From: Salisapilia sapeloensis CBS 127946
Taxonomy: Eukaryota; Protista; Oomycota
DNA length: 64,000 bases
Assembly (NCBI GenBank): GCA_023334545.1
Contig: JAADVB010000011.1
Location: 83,609-147,608, forward strand
Direction of reading: 5' to 3'
How positions within the stretch are numbered: position 1 is the stretch's first letter; the number at the start of each line of letters is the position of its first letter. Of this stretch, positions 1 through 10,918 are shown piece by piece. Below the pieces are notes generated by a model. It was not told where the DNA came from and made no database searches. It saw nothing but the letters and a program-made list of their open reading frames with translations. Made by a program: the position numbers and the translations under genes.

Positions 1-1269
1 ACAGGAACGCATGCAAATTGTAGAAGAGAAGCTGATGCAGCAGTATCGGTGAATAGCTTTTTAAAAAAAGTTACTACAGCTACAGTCTAACGGTAACTTG
101 GTAGCGAAAGCTGCGATGATCTTCGTGTCGATATATCGAAGAAGAGGCAAGCTCTCATTTTGAGCGACCGTGATAAGCAGCTAGAGGAGCGCAAGGCTAT
201 ACTAGAACACGAAGTATATTCCGTGATTATGTTAGCAAAATCATCAGGTCTAACACAAAGTAGAAAAAGCTAGAGGAGGAGATGGCAAGACTATGGGAAG
301 AAGATCGATTAAAGAAAGAAGAACGAGATCGCCGTGATGTTGCTGAAGCTGAGAAACGGAACACAGAGATGAAGAATATACTAGATCTTCAGGTAAACTT
401 GGTGCAGAAAAGGAGGGACGAAGAAGAGCAAAAGCGACGTGAGGAGGAGCAAGCTCAATTGCGTGAATGGAAGCGACATAAGCAAATGGACATGGAGCTG
501 GAGGAAGATGCAAGACGTAAAGAAATAGCAGTATGACCTTACTTTAAGCTCTTTTCCGATGTATCTGCTCATCAAACTGTAGCGAGCGACGGACGTGAAG
601 CGATTTAATCTTGAACGAAGTGCAGTTGCTCATGCCACCGCTGAAAGAGAGAAGCAGCACGATTTAAACTTGTTGCATGAAGCTATAGCAAGAGAGACCG
701 AAGCGGAACGGCGTGAGCGAGAGCTTCAAGAGAAGTTTAAACAGGAAAAGCTCGAGTACCAACGCATGTTAAAGAGCCAAATGGAAATTGAAGCTGAGGA
801 TACCTCGCACTTGGATAAAATTCGACAAGCGATGGAAGAATCTGTTTGGGCGAAGCGTGATGCTCAGCATAATGCAGAGGCAGCGGCTCGAGAGGAATTA
901 TTGCGCCGAGTGTTAGAGTCTCGAGAGGAACAGATGAAGCGCAAGAAGGAAGAAGCAGAGCGACGGACATCAGAGGATCGCAAGTACATGGAAGCGTTAG
1001 AGCGCGAATCGGAAGAAGCTTTGCAACGAGAGTTGCGAGAGCAGGAAAGTCGAAAGGAGCAGATGAAGAAGGCGCAGATGGATCTGTTGCAGCAAAAGCA
1101 GGAGAAGGCAAAAAAGTTGGAGCATCTGGAACAAGCGAATTTCTTGGAATTGAAGCGGATGCAGCTAGCGGAGAAACGGCATAAAGAGCGCGTGCAACAA
1201 TTGACGAATCAACAGGAACCATCAACAAATTTCCGTCGAAAGGCAGCGCAATGGTACTTTGATGCTTGA
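1..1269 (+). CDS. CFAP53: Cilia- and flagella-associated protein 53-like (trichoplein/TPH coiled-coil), 5' partial, 3 introns (49-104, 214-263, 531-582)
   Basis: Splicing at GT-AG sites joins the frames into ...EEKLMQQYR-ESCDDLRVD...; the E/K/R/Q-rich coil ends in TNFRRKAAQWYFDA. These motifs resemble CFAP53/CCDC11. Confidence 0.7.
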
Positions 1270-1295
1270 AACCACGTAGGTATGATTGGAATATA

Positions 1296-2347
1296 TCATT
1301 GCATTACACTAGTTCTTGCCTTGTTTTCGAGATGGATGTGTTGAGTGCATACATTGGATAGTTCCACGAGTGACATGCGACCACTTTGACGAATGGATGT
1401 GGCAATGGACTGAATTGCATCCGGAGTCACGCGGATAAAAAGGCCATTGTCGTCGAGGATGCCAGGTAGACGACGGCTTTGTTGAAGATTTTGGAGAAGA
1501 TCTCGTGTCTGGTAGAGCGGGATGTGGCATCCAGCGGCGATATCCTCGATATTGACCTCATCACGGTTCTATAGTCAAAATTCAGATGCAAGCGGCAAAT
1601 GGAAGTGGTTCATCCTTACCGAAATATACTGGAGGATGTCGGATTGTAGTGTCTGAACATCTCGTTGGTCCTTTTCATCCTGAGTGGAGGTTTTCCACAG
1701 ACCCCATCCAATCAACGAGGCACTGTCATTCTGGGAAACTCGCTTCTCAAGCTCTCTTTCGTACTTGTCTTCCGCTTGTCGTTTCACTTGCAATGCCTAG
1801 TGTATAGCAATAAGCATGTAGCTTGGCAGGGTGATTTAGGATCGATGGATACTCGTTGCTGAGCTTCATCTCTTCGTCGTTGTTCCGCTCTCCATGCCTC
1901 GTTTGCCTGTTTCCGGTATAATTAGCATGCTTGATTAAGTGCTTGAGTTCATATGCAGCTCATACACGTCGAATCTCTTCCTTCTCTCGTCGCTTCATCT
2001 CCTTCTTTAACTCTCGTCGTGTCATTTGTCTCCTATTCATGAATTAGCAAAGCCACGACACTCAAATTGTTCATCTATATGTTTACGGTGCATTGCCATC
2101 CTCATTCTGCGGTACATTTCGGCGACGTAGACGCGCTTGCCGGTCTGGATTCTGCTCAGGATGTGGTGGGATGTCTTCATCGTCCACCTTTCAAAAGGTA
2201 TTAGCCTTCAAAATGATATTCATAGCAACGCAAGCTGCTGCACGTTACCTCTTGATGTCGAAAGTATCCACCGGCGTACAAGATCGTGTACAAGATGCTG
2301 CCCAGGCCGCACAAGGAGATGACGAGCAGAAGGGTGTCAAAGCTCAT
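1296..2347 (-). CDS. DDRGK1: DDRGK domain-containing protein 1-like (UFBP1, ER UFMylation adaptor), multi-exon
   Basis: Manual splicing gives an N-terminal TM segment (MSFDTLLLVISLCGLGSILYTILYAGG), a charged coil (RQMTRRELKKEMKRREKEEIRR) and a C-terminal winged-helix segment LPGILDDNGLFIRVTPDAIQSIATSIRQSGRMSLVELS, matching the DDRGK1 pattern GVIDDRGKFIYIT..FIRQRGRVSIAEL. Confidence 0.8.
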
Positions 2348-3166
2348 TTTGTGTCCAAAGCAGGTGGTTTATGTGCAATTCTAACTTCAAATTCCCATCG
2401 TCATGGCTGAACCAGATTCCAATTCGCCGAGACGGATATCCTAATTCCCCTATTTGTCTGATCTGATGTGGAAACTAATGGCCTTGTTGTGCATTGTGGC
2501 TTCAGGTGGTCGCAAGTAGTGTATGGCATGTGAACGGATCGTAGAAAAAAGTAGATGATGAACAGTTCAGTTTGTCCCTTCCATTTCGCGTCTGATGTGT
2601 CAAAGCCACTGTTAAACAACCATGTGCATTTCGATGGAGTACTTCCGAATGTGCTGCATCATGAATACCATCTCTTTAACTATCCTATACGACACGATCT
2701 GCTACCAAAGCTTTAATTTGAGATATCAAAGGTACATATAGCAAGTAACGCTGCAACATGTCTGTTTGATTATTTATATTGTCTCCTCTGACTCTTTGTG
2801 ATGCCTCAAGTTGAATGATCAAGGTTCCTATACAGGTTACTTCCATGGAGTGATTTAGGTATAAGAGAAGCTGATGAACTAGGTATGCAACACAAACCAA
2901 TAGTTCAGTATGCCCCTTGCCTTCTTATTACTCTCCAGGTTTCTATTTTTGGAATTCTGATCGGGCCAGTACCTGCGGTATACCTTAGGAGTCATCCTCC
3001 GACATGTCCAGGGTATCTGTTCATCTGAATATCATTAACCGTCGGACCAGAGGTCGAGGCACCTGATAACCTTTTTGCTCTCTCTCTTATTATTCAAGTA
3101 TCGCTACCGCAGCGAATACCTCTCCTGCCTGCAAGCAGACTTCGCTTCGATCCACGGGTAGCAAGT

Positions 3167-5281
3167 ATGGCCTCACTCTTTCCGTTCGTCGAGAAGAACT
3201 TCAAGCCAACGATTAATGCCACCATCGAGAGAGAACTTCGCTTCCTTGGACAGTCTCGTATCGATGCACTCACGGCGGACTACGATATGGCTCTCGTAAA
3301 AGAGAAAAAGGGTCTACAGGTATACGAACATGATGAAGATGAGCTTCTTACCTTGAAAAGCGTCGTGATCGTACCTGGCCAAGTCTCGGACGTTATGGAA
3401 ATGCTCAAGATGAGTACTTCTCAGGCCCTTCGGGATACCATGGGTGAAATATTCGGCGCTCTGTTTCTCGATGGAAGTGTCCTCCACTCGTCCAAAGATG
3501 GTTCCTTCCGACGAAACGAATGCCTTTCAGTGAATTGGATCGCTCTTCAGTCAGCTAAGCCTCATCTTCCGCACCGCGACTACGTGTTTTTGCAATATGG
3601 AGATTCCTTCCGTCGCAATTCGGACGCTGGACGAGGGCAGCTTACGGGTGCTCTTATCTGGGAATCCATCGAGCTAGACACTTGCGTTCCATTACCTCCC
3701 TCTCAAAACGTTGCTCGACTCAAGTTCCGTCGTTCTGGATTTGTCGTCGAAGAGCTTCCTAACAATGATGAAAGTTGCCGAGTATCTTTCATCTTGTCGG
3801 AGGCTCATCCTGGTAGATTGACTGTCTCGAACGTCACGAAGACTTGGATGCTGAAAATGGTCAGCAGTGTGGTCGAAATGGAAAGCGCGATTGTTGGACG
3901 TGCACTAGCTTCCCAAAATTTGCTCACGAAAAAGCAGTTTACTAAGGACAGTGACATCTGCACGCTGTGCAACAAGTCGTTCTCCGTGTTCCGTCGTAAG
4001 CACCACTGTCGTGTTTGTGGCGAAGTTTGCTGCAGCAAATGCAGTGAGCTGAAAGTTGTCAAGAAGCAAGGATTGTCTAACGAAGTGCGTGTGTGCTGCC
4101 AATGCCGCTCCAGCTCCATGTCTAGTAGTCTACGCTCTTCCAGCAGCAAATCGAGCGTTGATGCTCCATACAAGATGTCAGGATCCGCCTATTCGACTGG
4201 TAGTGCAAGTCAATCCTACTCTTATGATGATAACTCAAGGGAACACCTCCATCACGCAAGTATGGGAAGCTCGTACTCCAGCGACCACGCGCGAGTGAAG
4301 GCACACCCTCCACCGATGCAAGGGCATTCTGTATCGTCGGCATCTTCCAGCAAGATGAGGCAAACACCCGAGGCCTATCACCCCTTGACCAAGTCCAGCG
4401 TTTCAACCTCATCTTCTACTTCCTCTGACATGATCTTACTGAATTCGTCGAAGCATGAATCGTTCGACGACACCTATGGTGACGGCCAGGGTGAATACGA
4501 CCTTGCAGCCGTTGCGGAAGATCGTGCGTCTCAGGAACACCCTCATGTATTTGAAAACACAGGCTTCAGCTATGCGCTGAACTACTCTAGCCGTCAGGAT
4601 TGGCCACGTGCTCCATTGCCATTAAATGAGCCCGCTCGATTGCACAAAGTGAAGGAGTTGCATCTAGCTGATCCCGGCAAGCAGTTCCAGGACATGTGCG
4701 AGTATGTAGCAGCTGAAATGGGATGCTCGATGGCAAGTCTGACGTTTGTCGGTGAAAAATGTGGATTCCTTATGGCCTCCATCGGCGTGGGAAAGAAGGA
4801 AATGTCGCGAGACTTACTACTTGAAGCCCACGTCATCATGGACGAATCTCCAACCATTGTGCTCGATGCGTCGGAAGAGGTTCGCTTTGTCAACAACCCA
4901 GCCGTGAAGAGCGGTCAAATCCGATTCTTTGCTGGATTTCCACTTGTGACGGCAGATGGCTTCATCGTCGGTTCATTAAGCGTGGCGGATCCGTTTGCGC
5001 GAGAGAATTTGGACGGAGAGAAAGTGACCTTCTTGAAAAAGCTTTCGGAAGCAGCTATCAAGGCCGTGGAGCAAAACACGAATGCGCAGATTCAGCAGAG
5101 TCAGGCGCTAACCGTTACTGGGCAAGGAAGCAACATTGTCAACACTGACACCGGGATGCCTCCGCCACCACCATCGCCGGATTACTCTTACGTCGATGCG
5201 CAACAAAGAATGCAGCAGTTACTCCAGACTGCTTACTCAACCCAATGTCAGGTGCGCATGCAAGTGAATCCGCTCATCTAA
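3167..5281 (+). CDS. START-like + FYVE zinc finger + GAF domain protein (oomycete-type), intronless, 704 aa
   Basis: FYVE motif CTLCNKSFSVFRRKHHCRVCGEVCCSKC...RVCCQC (about 3958-4105). GAF motif PLPLNEPARL...RFFAGFPLVTADGFIVGSLSVAD (about 4610-4990). N-terminal START-like region includes RDYVFLQY. Confidence 0.85.
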   Translation: MASLFPFVEKNFKPTINATIERELRFLGQSRIDALTADYDMALVKEKKGLQVYEHDEDELLTLKSVVIVPGQVSDVMEMLKMSTSQALRDTMGEIFGALFLDGSVLHSSKDGSFRRNECLSVNWIALQSAKPHLPHRDYVFLQYGDSFRRNSDAGRGQLTGALIWESIELDTCVPLPPSQNVARLKFRRSGFVVEELPNNDESCRVSFILSEAHPGRLTVSNVTKTWMLKMVSSVVEMESAIVGRALASQNLLTKKQFTKDSDICTLCNKSFSVFRRKHHCRVCGEVCCSKCSELKVVKKQGLSNEVRVCCQCRSSSMSSSLRSSSSKSSVDAPYKMSGSAYSTGSASQSYSYDDNSREHLHHASMGSSYSSDHARVKAHPPPMQGHSVSSASSSKMRQTPEAYHPLTKSSVSTSSSTSSDMILLNSSKHESFDDTYGDGQGEYDLAAVAEDRASQEHPHVFENTGFSYALNYSSRQDWPRAPLPLNEPARLHKVKELHLADPGKQFQDMCEYVAAEMGCSMASLTFVGEKCGFLMASIGVGKKEMSRDLLLEAHVIMDESPTIVLDASEEVRFVNNPAVKSGQIRFFAGFPLVTADGFIVGSLSVADPFARENLDGEKVTFLKKLSEAAIKAVEQNTNAQIQQSQALTVTGQGSNIVNTDTGMPPPPPSPDYSYVDAQQRMQQLLQTAYSTQCQVRMQVNPLI

Positions 5282-5669
5282 CTCTAGAGACGTTCATGTT
5301 TTCTTTTTGAGTTTGGATTTTGCTTTCAATTAGATGCATATCGGTCCATGAAGGTGATAGTGGACCTCGTAGATATACAAAAATGTATTTGATGATGATC
5401 CTTCAAATTGGTTCACTTTTTTACCTTCATACCTCTTTCGATCTGCTGCGAGGCTGATGCTTATTCTCCACACTTGCAGACGCATAAGAGATGACTAGGA
5501 ATAGTACAGAATGAATTTCGTGGTCAGTAAGGGTGAAGTAGCTGAGGCAAACCGAGTAGAAGCCGGAAGACACGTAACAAGCGGTAGTATCTGGTCTAGT
5601 CAATGCTGCTTATCAAATCGATTTTAAAACCACTATAACGCTAGAGAGCAAGTGCAAAGTAAACACGAT

Positions 5670-6059
5670 TTAGATTTTATCATCGTCGTCGTCATCAATG
5701 CCAGCCAAGAACTTCTCGAGCTCTTCGTCTCCACCAGCAGGTTCCTCCTTCTCCTGTCTGCGAAGTTCGGCACCAGCATTGAGCAACTCGTCCAAGTGAG
5801 CCTTCTGCTTCCACATCATGAGAGTTTCTTCCAACTCCATGTTGGCCTTCTGGATGAGCATGTCGACGACACGCGGGTCATTCACCTCGGCATGCTGACG
5901 GAATAATGCCTGGACATTCAGTCGAGCCTCTCGTGGCTCCACGGGTAGATCATAGAGGGTTAACAAACGAGGGATCTGTTTCGTGACAGCCCGGTACAGG
6001 GCCACCGCCGGACTCGACACGTGGTCCACAGACTTCTTCGCACTCACGCGCAACGCCAT
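5670..6059 (-). CDS. NDUFA6: NADH dehydrogenase (ubiquinone) 1 alpha subcomplex subunit 6 (LYR family, B14)
   Basis: LYR motif VALYRAVTKQIP and FRQHAEVNDPRVVDMLIQKANMELEETLMMWKQKAH match the NDUFA6 pattern. Likely start is MALRV at 6059. Confidence 0.85.
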   Translation of the reverse strand: MALRVSAKKSVDHVSSPAVALYRAVTKQIPRLLTLYDLPVEPREARLNVQALFRQHAEVNDPRVVDMLIQKANMELEETLMMWKQKAHLDELLNAGAELRRQEKEEPAGGDEELEKFLAGIDDDDDDKI

Positions 6060-7189
6060 GGCTCCTTGGTTTTGATTTCGGCGGTTCGTGTTCACATATT
6101 TTCGTACCTAGTGGTGTCTACTATTGTCCCAAATGATTCGAGACGATGTGGAGTTTTTCTAGACCACAATATAGTGACATGGTCACAGAAGTCAGGGTTT
6201 TCTGCTAGCCCACGTGTTTGTATCGGAGACTAAGTTACTATGTATCTTGAACGTGCGGGAGCTTGTCGACACTTAATAGGATGCGGTGAGTCTCGGACCC
6301 AGCGTGAGGGCGAGCTCCCTTCTCAATCTGAGCTGCTTTCGATTCTGTCGTGGCTCAATATTTGCAACATAGAAGGGCAAAATAGCCATCAGTCTCAGTT
6401 TAGGGCTGAATAGTAACCTTTTCTAATTACACACAAAATGCCATAGTGATATTTTAGACACGAAAGGAACTTGGCTCACCAAGTTGTGTCTATGGAGAAG
6501 CCATTTCTGAAAAGCTACATTCATTGTAATGATCTTGGCGAATGTTATTTATGGTTATTATCATCTATTTTTTTCGCTACGCAGTATGTTGCTGTGCTTA
6601 TTATAATCCAGATCTACTTTACCGCATTATGTGAATGTGCAACTTGAAGTTTTGTCGTCTACAACTTACTCTTCGTCTTCTTCCTCATCTATAGTAATAT
6701 GCGCATTACATTTGTACTTTCGCGACAGTCTAATCTTTGAAAGAATCCTCCAATTCGCTGGCGTTCTTCTCAATTCTAACTTAGTCGTCTCTGCTTCGTC
6801 CAATATCCATTTCTATCCTGGATAGAAACATCCGCAACGATGTGTAGACGGCAGGATACTTTTTAATCCAGTGCGCTATCCGATTGTAGCATCGTGTCTT
6901 CGATTGCTTTATCGTCAAGTACTAAACTGTCATACTTACTGATATGGTCACCGCTCTCTCCAAGAACGGATAATGTACCCACATGAAATGAAAAGTATAG
7001 TGATCACCTAGGTTACTATCTAAGCCAGACACTCGGATCTTCATCTTGTAAAGATACTACATATCCACATTGAGAAGATAAATATAACTCTAATCTACTC
7101 TTCATTCGTCAGACCTTGTTTATCCATTACTAGCCGAGTATGCAAATAGAAAGTGTATTGCAAGTCCGATTTCGATCTTTATTCTCGTT

Positions 7190-10100
7190 CTATGCATCCA
7201 TCGACACGGGTGACTCCGATCTCCTATCCGATGACGATGAATCCTTCACGTCCTCCGACTCGTCACTTTCCTCCTTCTTGTCTTTTGTACTCGTCGTTGG
7301 CTGCCTCGATATCGTCACCTCCACTTTCTCCAACTGATCACTCAAACTCTGCTGCAGTTTCTTCATCTCATCTCGGAACGTCTCGCTGTCTCGCATCAAC
7401 TTGCCGCCATTCTCGACAAACGACGACAACGGCGTGCCTTCATCCGTCATCGTCAAATCATGACTCTGCGCTCGGTCCTTGGACGCACGAACGCCGCCAA
7501 ACGATGGTCGAGGCTGGAACGACGGCTCATCGTAGCTATGATTCCGCACGCGCTCTTCTTCCGACACCTTGGGGACTTTCGGAAGACTCTCAATCTTCTC
7601 CTTCGCGAGCTCATGCACATCCGCCGGCGCCTTCTCCTCTTCTGCACTAGCCTCTTGCTCCGATTCGGAGAATTGCTGTCCTTGACTCACTTCCTGCGTC
7701 TCCGTCTCCTTCGTCTGAGAGGTCTGAGACGCACTCGGTGACGACTGAGGACGTAGTTCCGACACGAGATGCGGTACTTGGACGAGCGCATCCGGGTCTT
7801 CGCAGTAGTACGTAAAGTCCTTAAACGTCGGGTCTTGCACTGGTGGCGTAGACCCTTGCATCCGACTGCCAACAAGAGACAAGAAACCCTTCGAGCGATT
7901 AGCTGAACGTTCCGTCGGTGACTGCACTTCCCGATGGACATCCAAATCCGTGAACTCTGCATCGACATACTGGACATCGACCGACGAATTCAGCTTGGGT
8001 TTCCATGGTGGCGTCGCTTTCTTTAGTAGCAACTTATCCCAGTCGACGCTCTTAAAGTACGGATGCGACAGAATGTCACTGATGTTCGTACCCAGTCTCT
8101 TCGTCGGGTCTTTCTGTAAAAAGTTATGCAGAATGTCCTTCAAGTCAGAAGACAGCTCTGGTTTATCTGGGAATTGCAGTGGTTCCTTTTGAATGCGACT
8201 GTACATCTTCTCAATGTTATGATCATAGAACGGAGACTTGCCGACGCTCATTTCGTACAACAAGATACCGAGACTCCACCAGTCCGCTGCTTTGCCGTAC
8301 GACCGCTTGGCCTTTGGGAGCAAGAGCTCGGGTGCAGTGTACTGGGGAGACCCCGCCATGGTCTTGGCGCCACGAAAGTCCGACACGTGCAGCTTGGCTA
8401 AACCAAAGTCGACGAGTGCGATGTGCCCGTCGGCATCGATCATCACATTCTCTGGCTTAATGTCTCGGTACAAGATATCATGCTGATGCAAGTGGTGGAT
8501 GGCGAGGACGAGTTCGGCCGTGTAAAAGTGCGCTCGATCCGACGGGATGCGACAGGATGCACCTTTGCTCATGTGGTGGAAGAGGTCCCCACCGCTATAG
8601 TAGCTCATACCTAAAAAGAGTTTCGTGCGCGACTGGAAAGCGATGCGTAGACCAGCAATGAACGGATGGTGGACGTTCTGCGCCACACGCATCTCCGTGA
8701 AGGAGCTTTCAATGTCGTACTTGGTCATTTTGCCCTTCTCCAAGATCTTGAGCGCGTAGATCTGACCGTCGCTCTTTTTTACGGCGTTCACGACCGTACC
8801 AAAGCCTCCCTTGCCAATCACATTGTACACGGTAAAGTCCTTGAGAGAAATCGACAGCGATCGAGTGGATCGGAAGGCGGCGTCCGACATCTCGCTGTAC
8901 GGATTGCGCGCATCTAACGGCCGCCACGTGCCCGTCGCCATCTTCTGATCGACATCGACACGAAGACGGAGGATACGTCCGTACGGTCCAAGGCGAATGC
9001 GATGGCTGAAGGGATGGTAGACGGTCGTGCCAGTGAGTTTGCTCTTCACCTTTTCATGTCCTTTGACAAAGATCTGCTTTCCCTCTGCGTCCTTCGTCAC
9101 GTCGTTCACGGAGAACTCTAAAAGCTCAAAGTTTTGCGTAAAAGCGCCGAGGAAATGCATCAAACCTTCTCGACCAAAGTAGTCGCCTGTGAATTGCATC
9201 GCTTTCGGGTAATTCGACGTGAAGACGAGATCTTTGTTAAAGTAAGCAAAGAGCTCGTACAGAGCAGACTTGTCGCCGTTCATCAGACGCTTGTACACGT
9301 CATAAGCAGTCGTCGTGCGCATGTCTGGCTTAGCGTCGTAGCGATACCGGTTGTAGAGCGGTTTGCTGTTATTCCGCATGTTGCTCGCATCGACACCGGC
9401 TTCGAGGAAGTAAACCCACGCGAGCTGGTCCACTTCCGTAGGGACAGAACAGTGGAAGACCTTGCCTTCGGTTGTTTCGAAGCGAAAGTCAAAGGCATTG
9501 CTACTACGTTGCTCTTCCTTCTTGACACTCGCGACGTTCACGCGTCCTTTAAGATGACTCCGGTTCTGTGCGTCCACCTTGTGTTCATAATCTACGTCTA
9601 CGATAAGTACAAGATAGATCGAGGTAGTCCAAGAAGCTTACAGGAAAGAAGATTGCCTTCCAACGTGAAGAACCTCGCTTTCCAATTACGCACGAGGTGT
9701 CCTCGCTTCGTCACGTAGCCTTCCCACTCGACGATCGGGAGATCAAATGCCTCCAACGCGTTTTCGTCGCTGCTCGTGGGTGTGCTCGTGCCGTCCTTGT
9801 CATGACGTGCTTGTCGCTGACTGTTGCGGGCACTCTGATGTCCGTTCGTAGAGTTTCTAGCGGACAATTGGCGTAATGAATTCACGAAAGCGTTGCCACG
9901 TTGTCCGAACTGTGGCTTGTTCTTCTGTCCGAAGCGCCCACTGAACGAATTCGTTCGTTTATGCGCGTTTTGCTTGGCCTGACTCGCAGGTGAGTTCGGA
10001 CTGATTTTGCCCAAACTGACCGTCGACCGCTGCTTTGCACTTTCATCTTCTTCCGAGGGAGACGGTAGCGACGTAAATTTCTTTTCGTTTTCAGCCTTCT

Positions 10101-10284
10101 GCGCGTCTTGCTTGGCCATGGTGCTCAAGGACGTCGCGGACGCTGACGTAGGAAAATTAGGCGCCTCGTTTAACTTTTTGTGCGCAACGTGGCCCTGCTG
10201 GTCGACGGCTCCACTGCTTTCGACGCGCCGCATGCCATTTTCAGGGTCTTTCGGGTCTTCCTCTCGGCTAATTTCGGCACCCAT
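7190..10284 (-). CDS. AGC-family Ser/Thr kinase with N-myristoylation motif, PH domain and SnoaL/NTF2-like domain; one 50-nt intron (9592-9641)
   Basis: MGAEIS start. PH domain WEGYVTKRGHLVRNWKARFFTLEGNLLS|YY...DQLAWVYFL is joined across a GT-AG intron. Kinase motifs: IGKGGFGTV, YALKIL, YRDIKPEN, DFG, APE. The AGC tail has PPWKP and the hydrophobic motif FKDFTY. Confidence 0.9.
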
Positions 10285-10594
10285 GTTCGTGGTCGGTCGC
10301 AAGAGTTCGGTGCACGGAAGAAAGGAAGAGAGTGGGTGTACGAATTATATGTGAGAGACGTAGCGAGAATAAATGTGTGACTTTGTAGAGCAAAGGCAGG
10401 TGGTCTCGGTGACGTATCGTAAATCCTTTTGCTTGCTCACGATGATCGATTACACGCCCCCAGTCCGGAGCTCGAGGAACGGTCTAACGTTATGCTACTG
10501 CAGGTGCACACGTCTTTTCTGCCAATCATGCGCTCGTTTTTCGATTTTCGACCAATACAACACAGACTAAGATCCAGTCTGCACACTACGAGGC

Positions 10595-10918
10595 ATGTCG
10601 AAGCGATCGTATTTTGTTGGTGCCGCGCTCGCTGGTATTGCCGGCACGTCTCTCGCGAGCGTGTCCGTACTCATGTATATCAGGTTTGCCGATCCGCAAG
10701 AGTTTGCGGACGGAACGATCCGAGCTTCCAATCCGGAAGTCACGGACGCTTTTAATCGCAAATGGGGCGTCTACGGCACGGGCATCTTTGACTCGATCCC
10801 ACAATCGATTAAAGACTTTTTCGTGATCCCGGACATGGCGGAGAAAATCAAGGAACAGAACCGCAAGCGGGAGCAACAGATACAACAAACGATTGAAGAT
10901 CTTCGACCCAAGAAATAA
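10595..10918 (+). CDS. Small hypothetical single-pass membrane protein, 107 aa
   Basis: ATG-started ORF with an N-terminal hydrophobic helix (YFVGAALAGIAGTSLASVSVLMYI) and a C-terminal coil. It has protein-like composition and lies divergent from the AGC kinase. No family recognised. Confidence 0.6.
   Translation: MSKRSYFVGAALAGIAGTSLASVSVLMYIRFADPQEFADGTIRASNPEVTDAFNRKWGVYGTGIFDSIPQSIKDFFVIPDMAEKIKEQNRKREQQIQQTIEDLRPKK

Noticed and set aside
2400-3060. Short ORFs between DDRGK1 and the FYVE-GAF gene
   Set aside because: I could not assemble a coherent spliced frame or recognise any motif on either strand.
6240-6420. GC-richer segment with a small hairpin and one TTTAGGG telomere-like heptamer (6399-6405), considered as a possible ncRNA or telomerase RNA template
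   Set aside because: A single 7-mer is expected several times by chance in 64 kb, and no snRNA, snoRNA or SRP consensus was recognisable.
6810-6828. Perfect palindrome TTTCTATCC-T-GGATAGAAA
   Set aside because: 9-bp arms are within chance expectation for this window and have no associated element.
6600-7130. Possible small multi-exon gene on the minus strand (MKIRVSGLD...; ...TIDEEEDEE*)
   Set aside because: The fragments look protein-like, but I could not join them into one consistent model. RNA-seq is needed.
9134-9718. 194-aa ORF antisense to the AGC kinase, and similar antisense ORFs over the ACSBG, SMC2 and coiled-coil genes
   Set aside because: These are shadow frames produced by the codon bias of the real gene on the opposite strand, with no recognisable motifs.
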